Source: Sulfolobales archaeon HS-7 (lineage in GTDB: Archaea > Thermoproteota > Thermoprotei_A > Sulfolobales > Sulfolobaceae). From it: a DNA stretch of 64,000 nucleotides. The notes under the pieces are model-generated. The model was given only the letters and a program-made list of their open reading frames with translations. It did no database searches and was not told where the DNA came from. Shown here piece by piece: positions 1-11,082 of the stretch (the first letter of the stretch is position 1; the number at the start of each line of letters is the position of its first letter). Location of the stretch: positions 2,048,001 through 2,112,000 of the forward strand of contig AP024596.1 of assembly GCA_019704295.1 (NCBI GenBank). The letters run 5' to 3'. A program made the translations under genes and the position numbers.

Positions 1-1565
1 CAGTTGATGAGATATACGTTATGAGAAAAATGGTAATCGATGGCTCTAATACATCTGGTTTTCAACGAACAGCTATTATAGGAATTGGTGGAAAAATTGA
101 TGATATCGAGGGACCAGTGGGAATTCAAACTATCGCAATAGAGGAAGACGCTGCAAGGAAAATTGAAACAAGGGAAAACGTAGTGGAATATAACCTAGAT
201 AGACTCGGATTTCCCCTAATTGAGATATCAACGTCACCAGATATAAGGACTCCAAAACAGGCAGAAAGAGTTGCCCTAAAAATTGGTACTATGTTACGAC
301 TAACAAAAATGGCTAAACGCGGAATAGGTACCATTAGACAAGATCTCAATGTTTCAATAATGGGAGGCGTTAAGATTGAAATTAAGGGCGTTCAGAAGCT
401 AGAGGCTATCCCTGATATAATAGAGAGCGAATGCCTAAGACAGAGTGAACTCCTCAACATAAGGCGTGAGTTGGAGAGAAGACTAAGTAAGAATGAGTTG
501 GAGAGAAGAATAGAAATAATGAATTTAACAAACATCTTCCAAAATACCGCAAGTTCCAAGATAAGAACCTCTATACAAAAAGGGGGCTTAGTTCTAGGAA
601 TTAAACTATCCAAACTGAGGGGAATCTTAGGATGGAAACTTGGAAAGAACAGAAGGTTTGGCACTGAGATTGCGGATTATGTAAGAGCGCTTGCAGGTCT
701 GGGGGGAATATTCCATTCTGACGAACTTCCCGCTTATGGAATTAACTTAGATGAAGTAAATAGAGTGAGGCAGGAGTTAAAGTGTGAAGAGGACGATGCG
801 TTTATATTAATTGTTGGCGAAGAATCTAACGTAAATAAAGCTATAGAAGTCATTAAGCAAAGAATCACGCAAGCCTTTTACGGTATTCCTAAGGAAACCC
901 GAATGGCTACGGAGGATAATGATACCAAATTTTTGAGACCGCAACCGGGTTCTGCAAGAATGTATCCTGAAACAGATATCCCTCCTATAAGGGTTACGGA
1001 AGATATAATTCATCAATCAGAGAAATTCATCCCACCAACTCCCGAGGTTAAAATTAACGAGTTACTTAAGCTCGGAGTGAACAAGGAACTAGCAGAGTCG
1101 CTCCTCTATAGCACACACCTCGAACTTTTTGAGGAGTTATCAAAGGAGCTGAGAAACATTAGTCCAAACGTTGTAGCAATAACTCTTGTTAACACTTTAA
1201 AATACGTTAAAAGTAAAGTCGAATCTATCGATAAAATTGACGATATTGTAATAACAAAAGTTCTTAACGCGGTAGATAAGGGGATAGTAAATAAGGACTC
1301 AATACCACAAATATTTATAGACTATTGTACTAGAGATGAAGAAATAGAGCATATAATTAGCAACTACTCGACTCTTAGTGATCAAGAACTTAATAAGATA
1401 ATTAGGGAAGTTGTAAACGAAAGTGTTGATGAAATAAAATCTAAAGGAGATAAGGCATTTAATATCATAATGGGCAAAGTGATGCAAAAAGTAAGGGGAA
1501 AAGCAGAAGGAAGGAAAGTGGCAGAACTCATAAAGGAAAACATTAATGAAATACATAGGCAATGA
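1..1565 (+). CDS. gatE: Glu-tRNA(Gln) amidotransferase subunit E (5' truncated by window edge)
   Basis: Motifs RKMVIDGSNTSGFQRT, IEEDAARK, RGIGTIRQDLNVSI, RMYPETDIPP; C-terminal GatB/Yqey-like tail. Confidence 0.95.
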   Translation, partial: VDEIYVMRKMVIDGSNTSGFQRTAIIGIGGKIDDIEGPVGIQTIAIEEDAARKIETRENVVEYNLDRLGFPLIEISTSPDIRTPKQAERVALKIGTMLRLTKMAKRGIGTIRQDLNVSIMGGVKIEIKGVQKLEAIPDIIESECLRQSELLNIRRELERRLSKNELERRIEIMNLTNIFQNTASSKIRTSIQKGGLVLGIKLSKLRGILGWKLGKNRRFGTEIADYVRALAGLGGIFHSDELPAYGINLDEVNRVRQELKCEEDDAFILIVGEESNVNKAIEVIKQRITQAFYGIPKETRMATEDNDTKFLRPQPGSARMYPETDIPPIRVTEDIIHQSEKFIPPTPEVKINELLKLGVNKELAESLLYSTHLELFEELSKELRNISPNVVAITLVNTLKYVKSKVESIDKIDDIVITKVLNAVDKGIVNKDSIPQIFIDYCTRDEEIEHIISNYSTLSDQELNKIIREVVNESVDEIKSKGDKAFNIIMGKVMQKVRGKAEGRKVAELIKENINEIHRQ

Positions 1566-1614
1566 GGAGTTACCCCCGAAACGGATAAGGTGAAATAAAG
1601 GCATTTGCCTGAGC
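1560..1614 (+). ncRNA. C/D box sRNA overlapping the gatE stop codon; both guides complementary to 23S rRNA helix 69-71 region
   Basis: C ATGAGGA (1562), D' CGGA (1582), C' GTGAAA (1590), D CTGA (1609); GAGTTACCCCCG and AAGGCATTTG complement the conserved archaeal 23S stretches CGGGGGUAACUC and CAAAUGCCUU (recalled). Confidence 0.8.
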
Positions 1615-1622
1615 CTAGGTGA

Positions 1623-2660
1623 ATGATGTCATTGATCGCTATTGAGGATATGATAGAGGCAGTAGCCACTGACACCCCAATAACTAATTTAGAGGAAATT
1701 AAGTTAGAAGATTTTGACTTAAATGTAGATCAGTTACCGCTTATATTACTTGAAAATGGCATTAATGAGATATTTTGGGAGAGAAATGCCATTATAATTG
1801 GGCCAGACGGTTCGCGAATAAGAAGTTTAGGGCAAGGAGACTTGATAAAAGTACGGACACCAGTCTCTCCAAGTAGTATTCCGTGGAAAATACCTAAACT
1901 AGACAAAACTGCACTGACGGAACTAGTCGAGTATCTACTTCCAGTTAGAGAGGGACAGTCGTATTTAAATCCAGCTCCATGGGACACTGACTTTGCGAGG
2001 TTAGACCGATCCCTCTATGCATTTAGAGCTGGTGAGATTTCGACGAATTTAAGGGAATCTGAAGAAAAACTGGAGGCAGACGAAATATCCATTACTACTC
2101 CGTTTTACAATCCAGAAATTAGATTCCAAAACCCATTGTTTATACAAACTAATCGAATATATAACGGAAGAACGTCTTGGTTGGAGATAAAATTAGATAA
2201 CGAGGGGATTTTTGCTGCAAGTGAAAGTCTCATGGAATATGAGTTCGTAAGGGGGACGCTCCATTTATCGGGTAAGGACTTAGTGGTCAAGAAATATGAC
2301 AAATATCCCCAAGATAGTCCATTAAGAACTGCATGGTCTCTCAGTAATGAAATTATTGAACTTGATTTTGAACCAAAGGCAAGCTATCAACTATTTTCCC
2401 TAATTCCTTCCTCGGTTATACCAATTCACCTTAGTTTTGTCGGGGGCAATGTTAAACTAAAACTACTTAACTTAAGCGGAAGTCCCGTTATAGCTGAACT
2501 AAGAATTGCAGCGCGGATTCTGAAAGCCTCAGTTAATAATGAAGAAATTATACCCGAATTCGATACAATAAAAGTTCCTATTAGGCGTTGGGGGATAGCT
2601 AAAGTTGAGATGAAAGTTGTACGTATAGTTGAATCTCTTTTAAAAAAATTCAGGCTCTAG
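1623..2660 (+). CDS. conserved hypothetical protein
   Basis: 345-aa ORF with GGTGA RBS, co-oriented after gatE. Confidence 0.75.
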   Translation: MMSLIAIEDMIEAVATDTPITNLEEIKLEDFDLNVDQLPLILLENGINEIFWERNAIIIGPDGSRIRSLGQGDLIKVRTPVSPSSIPWKIPKLDKTALTELVEYLLPVREGQSYLNPAPWDTDFARLDRSLYAFRAGEISTNLRESEEKLEADEISITTPFYNPEIRFQNPLFIQTNRIYNGRTSWLEIKLDNEGIFAASESLMEYEFVRGTLHLSGKDLVVKKYDKYPQDSPLRTAWSLSNEIIELDFEPKASYQLFSLIPSSVIPIHLSFVGGNVKLKLLNLSGSPVIAELRIAARILKASVNNEEIIPEFDTIKVPIRRWGIAKVEMKVVRIVESLLKKFRL

Positions 2661-3036
2661 ACGTTCTTTCATATATACAGTAGCTGGATTTATACCCATA
2701 CTCATTTAATGCCCTTCTCCCCTCATAACACAATATGCAATAATATTCTCCTATTGACGAACCTTTACTATTTAGTTTATCAAGAACTTCATTTATAACT
2801 CCAGACATCCTCGGATCGCTCTCTAAGAGTGTTCTTATTTTGTTACCTCTCTTATTCTTAACGTAGTTGGAAATAGCGGCTGGGGTTAATCCTAATAGTT
2901 TTGATGCGGTGTATAGAGGAAGATGCCTGTCATTAACAAGTCTCTCAGCCATAATCGCTCTTATAGCTGGAAGCAAGCTCTTTGCAGCTAACTCACAAGA
3001 CAGATAATATCGCTCCTTCCTTGCCTCTTTTCCCAT
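2650..3036 (-). CDS. HTH transcriptional regulator with Cys motifs
   Basis: SCE..AKSLLPAIRA...ASKLLGLTPAAISNY HTH, CxxC; downstream of nrdJ. Confidence 0.75.
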   Translation of the reverse strand: MGKEARKERYYLSCELAAKSLLPAIRAIMAERLVNDRHLPLYTASKLLGLTPAAISNYVKNKRGNKIRTLLESDPRMSGVINEVLDKLNSKGSSIGEYYCILCYEGRRALNEYGYKSSYCIYERTSRA

Positions 3037-3137
3037 AGATAGTTATTATCTTGTGGAATTAATAAATAAGAGTATAAAAACGATTACGCTCATATCTTAG
3101 AAGTAGAGTTCTTCAGAAACAAGTGAAGATAAATGGT

Positions 3138-5546
3138 CTATAATTCGCACGTAGCGCAGCCACCGGCGAAGTTTTCATCCACTTCAACTTTAGCTATTCT
3201 AAGAGACTTAGCGGCTTTTTTCTCTTCTTCTATTTTTTCCTTTTCTTGCTTTAACCCGAAATATATGACTTGCTTAGATTTGGATCTGTCCCTATATACC
3301 GTAATTCCCTTTATTCCTAATTTCCACGCCTCAGTGTAAACTCTCCAAACGGTCTCTACACTTTCCTCTTCTCTTAGGTTGATCGTCTTGGAGACTCCAG
3401 AGTCGTTCCACTGTTGCCACGCCGCTTGATGAAGGAGATGATACTCGGGCGAAATTTCATGGGCCGTTCTAAATAGTTTCTTTACGCTCTTTGGCATTGG
3501 CATATCTTTTATCATCCCGGTCTCGGCTACTTTCTCTATGACCTCAGGATAGTCCATCTCATATTTTCTTAGATAATCTAAGAATAATGGGTCGATCTCA
3601 ATAAACTTACCAACCGCAACATTCCTTATAAATGCTAAGGCAAACAACGGCTCTATACCTGATGAGGTTCCTGCTATTATCGAGATAGTCCCTGTCGGTG
3701 CAATAGAGGTTACTGTTGAATTTCTGAGTCCATATAACACCCTCAATCTTTTTAGTTCAGCGAAATCTAACGAGTCGACTAACTTAACCACGTCTCTTAC
3801 TCTTTCCGAAATAGGTCCATTTATTCCTGTTGTTTCCAATAAGTATTCAAACGACCTAGCAGTATCAAAAATATCTCTATATAATGATGGATTGTAATCC
3901 GGGAATGCACCTTTCTCTTTTGCTAACTCTATTGACGTGAGAAAAGCGTAATAATAGATGAACTTCGATAGTTGGTATGAGAAGTATATAGCGTCTACTG
4001 AATCGTAGGGAATTCCAAGCTTTATTAACATCCTTGCAAGTCCCATAACTCCCAATCCAACTTTTCTAGTTCTTTTAGTTGCATTTTCAATTTGTTTAAG
4101 AGGGTATCTGTTTTTATCGATGACTCTATCCAGAAGTCTTATTCCATACTTTATAGTCGAAATGAGACCCTCCCAATCGATCTTCCCATCGTTTACGAAC
4201 TTCTCTAGATTTATTGACCCCAGGTTGCATGATTCCCACTGGAGAAGAGGTTCTTCTGCACACGGATTGGTGGCTTGGATTTTTCCTAAATACCACACTG
4301 GATGCCTTCTATTTATTTCATCGATAAATATTAGACCTGGATCTCCAGATTCCCACGCACCCTTAACTATTTGAGCGAATATTTCCCTAGGATTCACTAC
4401 CTTAGAGACTGCTTGTTCTTTCTCCGCGATGATAGTTGCCTCTTCTAAAGTCACTATAACGCTTTCATCAAGATAAACGGATCCCTTTTCCTCAAGTTCT
4501 TGTAATATGGCCTCCTGTACCCACTCCTCAGTTATTGAATTCCTTGCCTTGTTTATAAGATACCCAGTCTTTCGAGGATTAATTAGGCGCCAAGGAATAT
4601 CAGAGTTCATGCTCTCCATAAAGGCATCATGAATTGCAACAGAGATATTGAAATTCTGAAGATGTACATCCCTAGATTCCCCTGTTTTTGATTTAATAAA
4701 TTCCTCAACGTCGGGATGCCAGGACGCCAAAATTCCCATATTAGCGCCCCTCCTTTTTCCTCCCTGTTTAACGACATCAGTTGATACGTCAAAGATTTTC
4801 ATAAATGATACAGGTCCTGACGCTACACCTGCTGTTGACGCCACCACGTCGCCTTTGGGTCTAAGCTCAGAGAAATCAAACCCAGTTCCTCCCCCTTGCT
4901 GATGCACTATTGCCATGGCCCTTAATGTGTCATATATTCCGTCTCCTTCAGGAGTTATCATAGAGTCCTTAACGGGAAGGACGAAACACGCTGAGAGTAT
5001 ACCTAATCGTGTACCGCTATTCATTAAAGTCGGGGTGTTTGGTAAAAACTTTAAAGAGGACATTATCTCATAAAACTTCTCTTCTTCTTCTTTTGTCTCC
5101 GCCAAGAAATGAGCAACTCGGCGGAACATCGCTTGGGGAGTTTCTATATACCGTAAAGTAGCTGGATTCTTTAGTAGATATCTTGCTTCTAGGACTTTTA
5201 ATGCGTTATATGAGAGGAGAAGATCTTTCTCGTCAAACTTATCCCACTTTTTATTATATACATGATTATATATCCTCGCAAGGACATATCTCTTTGCAAT
5301 TACTTCATAAGAAGCATTATTTACAACGTGCTGTATAATATGTTTTTCAACTATATCCGCTATGGTCTTAGTTTCAATAGCGTTATCCTTTGCGGAGCTA
5401 GAGATATCCGATAAAATTTCCTCGATCAATTCAGATGGGACATGTTTGCGTAGTTTATCAATGCTGAAGTCCTCAATTCTTCCGTCTCTCTTTAGGACCT
5501 TCAGATGAACTTGGCTGTTAGTAACTAACGATGCATTGGATTGCAT
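3138..5546 (-). CDS. nrdJ: Adenosylcobalamin-dependent (class II) ribonucleotide reductase with N-terminal ATP-cone
   Basis: VLKRDGR ATP cone, [38 protein letters not shown]-terminal CxxC. Confidence 0.95.
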   Translation of the reverse strand: MQSNASLVTNSQVHLKVLKRDGRIEDFSIDKLRKHVPSELIEEILSDISSSAKDNAIETKTIADIVEKHIIQHVVNNASYEVIAKRYVLARIYNHVYNKKWDKFDEKDLLLSYNALKVLEARYLLKNPATLRYIETPQAMFRRVAHFLAETKEEEEKFYEIMSSLKFLPNTPTLMNSGTRLGILSACFVLPVKDSMITPEGDGIYDTLRAMAIVHQQGGGTGFDFSELRPKGDVVASTAGVASGPVSFMKIFDVSTDVVKQGGKRRGANMGILASWHPDVEEFIKSKTGESRDVHLQNFNISVAIHDAFMESMNSDIPWRLINPRKTGYLINKARNSITEEWVQEAILQELEEKGSVYLDESVIVTLEEATIIAEKEQAVSKVVNPREIFAQIVKGAWESGDPGLIFIDEINRRHPVWYLGKIQATNPCAEEPLLQWESCNLGSINLEKFVNDGKIDWEGLISTIKYGIRLLDRVIDKNRYPLKQIENATKRTRKVGLGVMGLARMLIKLGIPYDSVDAIYFSYQLSKFIYYYAFLTSIELAKEKGAFPDYNPSLYRDIFDTARSFEYLLETTGINGPISERVRDVVKLVDSLDFAELKRLRVLYGLRNSTVTSIAPTGTISIIAGTSSGIEPLFALAFIRNVAVGKFIEIDPLFLDYLRKYEMDYPEVIEKVAETGMIKDMPMPKSVKKLFRTAHEISPEYHLLHQAAWQQWNDSGVSKTINLREEESVETVWRVYTEAWKLGIKGITVYRDRSKSKQVIYFGLKQEKEKIEEEKKAAKSLRIAKVEVDENFAGGCATCEL

Positions 5547-5732
5547 TACTCCAATTCTACGTAATTCCCATTTATTTCTCTTTCCTCATTTGGAAGCAGT
5601 ATGACCCCCAGAAATTCCACTTATTGCTATTATCCTTGGAGTTTTTGCCTTATTTTTAAACTAGATAATCCTTGAGGGTATTTAATGTATAATAAATATT
5701 AATTAGTTTAACAACTAAATCTTTATATTCAT

Positions 5733-6016
5733 TGGGGGTTCAGAGGGGGCGGAGGATCCGCGAGGACGAATAGGCTCCTTTGTATGAGTTTGAGTATCGG
5801 TTCGCAGCCAAATACACTAATGATGGTGATCAACGGAGTAAGCGTTACAGAGACACCTAAGCGAGAGTGAATGCGGTAAGGCTCTACTCCAATTTGAAAT
5901 CCTACGTGGGACAGTAACGTCAACTTTATGGTGCGACCCTTAGCGCCTGCGGAGCCCTCTGGGCAGGGTGGAGCTGAGAGCAGGAAGCCCCTTCTGCTGA
6001 GAAAGGCGAGTTCGCA
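5733..6016 (+). mobile_element. Non-autonomous IS200/IS605-type mini element (left end plus omegaRNA-like right end)
   Basis: GC-rich island starting GGGGGTTCAGAGGGGGCGGAG and ending GCCTGCGGAG...GCAGGAAGCCCC...GGCGAGTTC, resembling Sulfolobales IS605/tnpB termini; no credible ORF. Confidence 0.55.
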
Positions 6017-6019
6017 GAG

Positions 6020-6254
6020 ATAATACGTTAATTTAATTAGGGGTATAAACGTGGAATTACGAGAGATTGAACGCTTTTGCAACCCACTATAAAAGCTCTT
6101 TCTTACTCTTGATTATCGAAAATTACGAGATTTCTTCCGACTATGTTTAGTAAACTAATTTTATATTACCTATATCCTCATAATTAAGCGAATTTAATTC
6201 TAGAGATGTGTTCTATAACTTTCTAGTTATTCACATTACGCATTGGACACTGTG
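6020..6254 (-). mobile_element. Degenerate/partial MITE (GACAGTGTCCAATG-IR family)
   Basis: TAATTAAGCGAATTTAATTCTA...CATTGGACACTGT matches the ends of the elements at 8508, 13022 and 16048. Confidence 0.7.
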
Positions 6255-6307
6255 ACCTAGGGAAACTTTTATTACTTATAGCGACCGCATTAACCGTAGG
6301 AGTTACA

Positions 6308-6589
6308 ATGGACAATATTGACATTCTCAATAAGTACGTAGGGGATATCATAGAGAATATTTTAACAAACGATTACCGGAATTTGGACGTAGATACCTAC
6401 TATATAGATTTACTTATGTATATATACAACAAATTAGTTAAGAATTGGTTTAACGGTAATGAACCGGATACCGAAGAATTTGCAATGCGACTACGTAAGT
6501 TAAGGAGTAGAAATAAAACAATGTTAACGATATTAACTAAATACTTGATAAGCAAATACTTGAAAAAATATTACGCTTATAGCAGATGA
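6308..6589 (+). CDS. hypothetical protein
   Basis: 93-aa ORF with AGGAG RBS, operonic with next gene. Confidence 0.7.
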   Translation: MDNIDILNKYVGDIIENILTNDYRNLDVDTYYIDLLMYIYNKLVKNWFNGNEPDTEEFAMRLRKLRSRNKTMLTILTKYLISKYLKKYYAYSR

Positions 6590-6592
6590 CAC

Positions 6593-7336
6593 GTGCCTCG
6601 TAAACGAAATTCCTCAAAACAGGAGGCAAAACGTACCAGGAAGAAGAAAGAAATAGATATAGACGATTTATTAAATGAATATCTTGAAGAGATAATAAAG
6701 GAGTTATCCCTGGAGAATCTAAATCTCTCCCATGATGAATACATAGAGATTCTTAAGGAACCCTTTGCTTCGGCAGTAGGTGATGTTTCGACTAAACCTA
6801 AGGTTAAGACAATTATTAACAGATTTACCAATAGGCTTGACGATTTGTTAGACTTAGTTTCCATCAGAATACTCGAACTAAGAGAAAAACTTGACGAAAA
6901 GCAACTGGAGTTCGTAATTTTTCACCTCAAGAATGGAATTAAAATGTACGCACCTTTCCTATATTCAGAAGCAATAAAGGTAGGACGTAACGATTTAATT
7001 GATTACCTAAGGAACTCTTGGTCAAAATATGGTATCAGAACTCCCGTAAAATGTCCTAAATGCGGATTCGAGGCAATAATGCCTGATCTCATATGCAAGA
7101 TATGCGGATACACTGTATCGGAAAAGTACGTGAAAGAACAACTTAAAGTAATTGATAACCTATACGAGCTAAAGCGAACTGATCCAGAAAAATTTTCTGA
7201 GATAATAAAAAGTAGACATATATATATTGTAAACAATTTAATAATCACAGAAGCTGAAATTAGGCAGAGTAGAGAACAAATATTTTACGAAATAGATCTC
7301 ACTGAAAGCGATATAAAGAGCGTCTTAAAAGGGTAG
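6593..7336 (+). CDS. hypothetical protein with Zn-ribbon
   Basis: CPKC...CKIC motif, basic N-terminus. Confidence 0.75.
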   Translation: MPRKRNSSKQEAKRTRKKKEIDIDDLLNEYLEEIIKELSLENLNLSHDEYIEILKEPFASAVGDVSTKPKVKTIINRFTNRLDDLLDLVSIRILELREKLDEKQLEFVIFHLKNGIKMYAPFLYSEAIKVGRNDLIDYLRNSWSKYGIRTPVKCPKCGFEAIMPDLICKICGYTVSEKYVKEQLKVIDNLYELKRTDPEKFSEIIKSRHIYIVNNLIITEAEIRQSREQIFYEIDLTESDIKSVLKG

Positions 7337-7707
7337 GTACCTTATTACTAACAAAATCGCTGCTTCGACGACTTGTTTGTTAAACAGTAAGAATAGAGTA
7401 TTACCCAAGCTGAATAAGGCCACGGGTAAATTTGATTAATTATCTCTCCACAATGTTCCAGCTTTGCCTCAAATGCAATGGAGTTTTCCTCATGAAAAGG
7501 AATATAGATCAAAACTTTCCTGACCTTTATCTAACTAATAGTATCGTAAAAAAGTAATACGGGAATTAGGGGTTTTAATAATCCTGTTTAGGGAACCCGC
7601 GGAAATCCATGAAATTCAGGAAAGCGCTATAGATATAAAATCAAATATCACGCCGCTATTATAACAACTTTATTAATCATAATAATATTTAATATTGTCT
7701 AATGTTC

Positions 7708-8463
7708 TTACTGTCGATTGACGTCCCTACAACGTTTACATATATCGGATTCAGAGAAGGCACCACATCTTGTGCATTTTCTCTGAGTAGCGAAAAGTTC
7801 AATGGATTTGTGGAAAGAATGTAAAATCTCCTGATTTCCCTCTAAAGACTCCTTTACCCAAATTAGAAAGTGAGTAAACGATGCAACGGGAAATTTAGAT
7901 TCTACTCCATAAACTATCTCCATGTTTAGTAATGAGATATTATGTAGTGGAAAACAAAAATTACATGAACCGATTTTCGTGTAGTGGGTATATAATGAAA
8001 GGTAACCCGCATCTCTCGACACGGCAGACGATATTAATAAGTACATGAAGATCTCCGCAGGAAAAGGCATGACCACGCCGTTAGGTTTTTCTTTGCTACA
8101 AATTTCCAAAGAACGAATTATCGCGTCATGAATATAGCTATCCACTGATTGAGAACTTAATTCCAGCGAAAACGTCTGGTAATAGATAGTAGTTTTTTTC
8201 GCTATTTTCGTTAAGGTCTCCTCTATTATTTTTGATAATCCTTCAAGCCCATTTAATTCTAGAATAATGAACCTGCTTTCGTAATCAACTAGGCCAGATT
8301 TGAGAAAATTCTTTCTAATAGCGTTGTTAATTTCATTTCTTGCACAGATTGGACAGAGTTTTCTCCCGTTTAGGTTTACTATACTTTCCCTTACTTCACA
8401 CCTATAACATTTGATACTTTGTTCCCCAGACATATGGAATATAAGATTCCTGTTCGTTGCCAT
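7708..8463 (-). CDS. TtcA/Ncs6-like protein with degenerate PP-loop and terminal Zn fingers
   Basis: N-terminal CxxC..CxxC and C-terminal CxxC..CxxC flank the central domain; SGGKDS absent. Confidence 0.55.
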   Translation of the reverse strand: MATNRNLIFHMSGEQSIKCYRCEVRESIVNLNGRKLCPICARNEINNAIRKNFLKSGLVDYESRFIILELNGLEGLSKIIEETLTKIAKKTTIYYQTFSLELSSQSVDSYIHDAIIRSLEICSKEKPNGVVMPFPAEIFMYLLISSAVSRDAGYLSLYTHYTKIGSCNFCFPLHNISLLNMEIVYGVESKFPVASFTHFLIWVKESLEGNQEILHSFHKSIELFATQRKCTRCGAFSESDICKRCRDVNRQ

Positions 8464-8507
8464 TAAATTAGATTTGCGGTCACTCTTGTTCCGCCAAAAA
8501 ATTTCGA

Positions 8508-8868
8508 GACAGTGTCCAATGTGTAATTAATGTGAATAATTAGATAAACTAAAAAGTTATAAATACCTCTTTGGAATTAAATCCGCTTAATTATGAGGAG
8601 AGAGTTAATATAAAATTAGTTTATTAGGTCTAGTCGCAAACAATCACATATTTTTAATCCGGAAGGTCAAAAACTAGGTTTCCGGCATTATGTGTTAAAC
8701 GTTTACTAAGGATATAGCTGGATATTTTAAGCTTAGGAGGTTAGCAGAGGAGTTTAATCACTTGGAATCTCTCTGTATTACCGTCCTAATTGAATAGTAT
8801 GCCTTATCCCCGTATTCTAAAATCTGGTTTTTAAAGTAAATAGCATTCATTACACATTGGACACTATC
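8508..8868 (+). mobile_element. Complete 361-bp MITE with terminal IRs and 4-bp TSD
   Basis: GACAGTGTCCAATGTGTAAT ... ATTACACATTGGACACTATC, flanked by TCGA on both sides. Confidence 0.85.
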
Positions 8869-8918
8869 TCGAGGAGTGTACTCATAATTTTTTATCTCCC
8901 TCTCTAGTTTATTATTCA

Positions 8919-9380
8919 GTGTTAAATATTATGGCCAGAGCAGACAGAGTTTATCAACTGATTAAGCTTCTCCTTTACGTTGCCAAAGAGGAGGGAGTTG
9001 AGGTTACTGCAACGAAGCTACAGAAGATATTCTTCTTACTTGAGAAGGAGGGGGGAGTTGATTTAGGCCTTGAATTTACGCCTTGGTTCTTCGGCCCCTA
9101 CTCAAGTCTGCTTCAAGACTATATTGATAAGCTAATCGAAAAGGGAGACGTGAGCGTCGAGGAGGAAGAGGTAATAGACGTCTTGAGCGGTCAGGTAGTC
9201 GGTTATAAGAGGGTTTACGTCCTCAGTTCAGACGCTAGTCAGGACGATAAAAGCATCGAGAAGTTCTTTAGAAAGTGGGTTAAGATGAGTAGAAGTGAGA
9301 TTTTAAATTACGTTTACAGAAAGTATCCGGAATACGCTAAGTATTCCCTGATTAGGGATAAGATTTTTGGGAGTCCTTAA
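8919..9380 (+). CDS. Panacea/SocA (DUF4065)-like antitoxin
   Basis: TKLQKIFF...FTPWFFGPYS motif; stop/start overlap with downstream gene. Confidence 0.7.
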   Translation: MLNIMARADRVYQLIKLLLYVAKEEGVEVTATKLQKIFFLLEKEGGVDLGLEFTPWFFGPYSSLLQDYIDKLIEKGDVSVEEEEVIDVLSGQVVGYKRVYVLSSDASQDDKSIEKFFRKWVKMSRSEILNYVYRKYPEYAKYSLIRDKIFGSP

Positions 9381-10336
9381 TGAGTAAAAAGAGGAAATCG
9401 TTTTTCGCGAAATTTATAAGTGACTCTTTAACATTTTTTGATGCTGCGCTCAGCATATACGAAAAACTACAAAGCGGCAAGAAGCCGTTCTTTTCTGACA
9501 TAAGGTCCTTAGAGTATCAAAAGATTTTCAACCTTGCAAGATCTTTCGAGACTTTGAGCAAAGCCTGTCTCTCCGCGTACGGTGGATTAATTGCATATCC
9601 AGCACTCTTAGTAGCCAAAGCCAGAAAAGGAAGCCAGATAGCTCTCAGGCACGAGCAGAAGGTTATAAATTACCTAAGAGAATTAGTAAAATAATCTTTA
9701 GACCTGAAAAATATTAAGAAAAAACTAAGTCACGACCCCGTAGGTAAGTCCCAAATTCCAGTCCTTTTGATAGCTACAGCAAAGTTCTTAAGACAATTAG
9801 GGGAAAAGGAAATTGCGGAATTATATGAGCAAGTTGCAGATTATTTGAAACAGAGCAACAAGACTTACATGGAGTTGCTGGAGATAAGAAAGAGAGTGGT
9901 GTCTTCAATTCAGCTAAAGGAAGTTCATAAGCAGCTTCTCGATATCATCGAAAAGTGTTTACAATCAGGGTCTGAGGATGAGATTTGCAAAAACTTGCCC
10001 AACGACGCCGAGAAAATATTCGGCGTCTACAAGGAGAAGCCTTACCTAGTTGATCAGATACTAACGATACTGGACTTAGGAATTCAAGAGATGCTTGGCG
10101 CCATGGTTTATACGGCCTATCTAGCTAAGGCCGCTGCAATTGCGGACTATAGCGCAGGTAGGGATGAAAACGATGAAAAATACTTAGGGGAGGTGAGAGA
10201 TCATCAGAAGGAAATTATTGAATTTATGATGAAATACGCACAAATAAACAAGGAGTTTGTGAAGAGCGACGAGGTGGACGAATTTATGAGGGAAGTTGAG
10301 GATAATGCCAGACAACACTTGTCCGGGGAGAGCTGA
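9380..10336 (+). pseudogene. HEPN-like putative toxin split by one in-frame stop (TAA 9692-9694)
   Basis: ORFs 9380-9694 and 9767-10336 share a frame, with open codons (SLDLKNIKKKLSHDP) between; RSFETLSKA and SHD resemble HEPN motifs. Confidence 0.6.
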
Positions 10337-10593
10337 ACTACATTACTTATTCGTTCAGGATTAGCAGATGTCCTAATGCAATCCCGAAATAGTTCCCTGG
10401 ATTAAAAAGTGTAGCACCATCTTATGATCACACATTCCTTCAATTTCATCTAGGTAAACTGCGGGTGTTAATATAATTTCTCTCGCGCATTAAGATAACG
10501 ACTAGCGCTTATCCAGTTTTCCTTAACAGTTTTTCAAAGTTCGATGAGAATAATCAGTATACCCTTTTTAATGTCCTTAACAAGTATATTATT

Positions 10594-10743
10594 ATGAAGA
10601 TTGTTGACGATAAGGATGGTGAAAGGTTCTTAGAGTTAGAGAACGAACAAGATATAGACGAATTTTTTGATGCCATAACAAGGAGGGCTAAAGAAAAAGC
10701 TAATGACCGTAAACCTTCTTATGAGACCCAACCTCCTAAATAA
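10594..10743 (+). CDS. 49-aa acidic protein, putative antitoxin (copy 1)
   Basis: MKIVDDKDGERFLELENEQDIDEFFD...KPSYETQPPK; paralog of 20693-20845. Confidence 0.7.
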   Translation: MKIVDDKDGERFLELENEQDIDEFFDAITRRAKEKANDRKPSYETQPPK

Positions 10744-11008
10744 ATACGATACAGTTTATTGAGTCGACACTGTAAAGCATTCTTATATCACCCGTAACTT
10801 CTATGGAAAACATAGAATTCCCATACTTATCCTTTCCCAGTTTCTCCCTGGCGTATTTAAAAGGGTCACTTTTGAGTAATTTAATATTCTCTTTAATCAT
10901 ATTTAATATCTTGACGTTAAGGAACTCATAAAAAACATACTCCGCTAGCTCATCCAAACTCCTAACCTTCTTCCTGCTAACTCTTATCTTCTACTCCTTA
11001 CGAACCAT
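10700..11008 (-). pseudogene. RelE/ParE-like toxin pseudogene (two TGG>TAG stops)
   Basis: Colinear with intact 20802-21107; amber stops at both Trp positions. Confidence 0.75.
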
Positions 11009-11082
11009 AATAAAAGAAATATAATGCTTATTTAAAAATATTTTTCTATTAGTTTAATATCTCATTATGAATAATAGTTCTG

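Noticed and set aside
125-2302. Numerous short antisense ORFs over gatE and its neighbour (and likewise over pyrG, coaBC, VirB4)
   Set aside because: Shadow ORFs of well-supported genes on the opposite strand
3138-5546. Intein in nrdJ
   Set aside because: SACFV and NPCAE motifs are uninterrupted and the length is ordinary
5729-6082. 117-aa ORF, or RNase P/SRP RNA/cobalamin riboswitch upstream of nrdJ
   Set aside because: Lacks the conserved motifs of those RNAs; ends match IS605-type termini; ORF looks like a shadow
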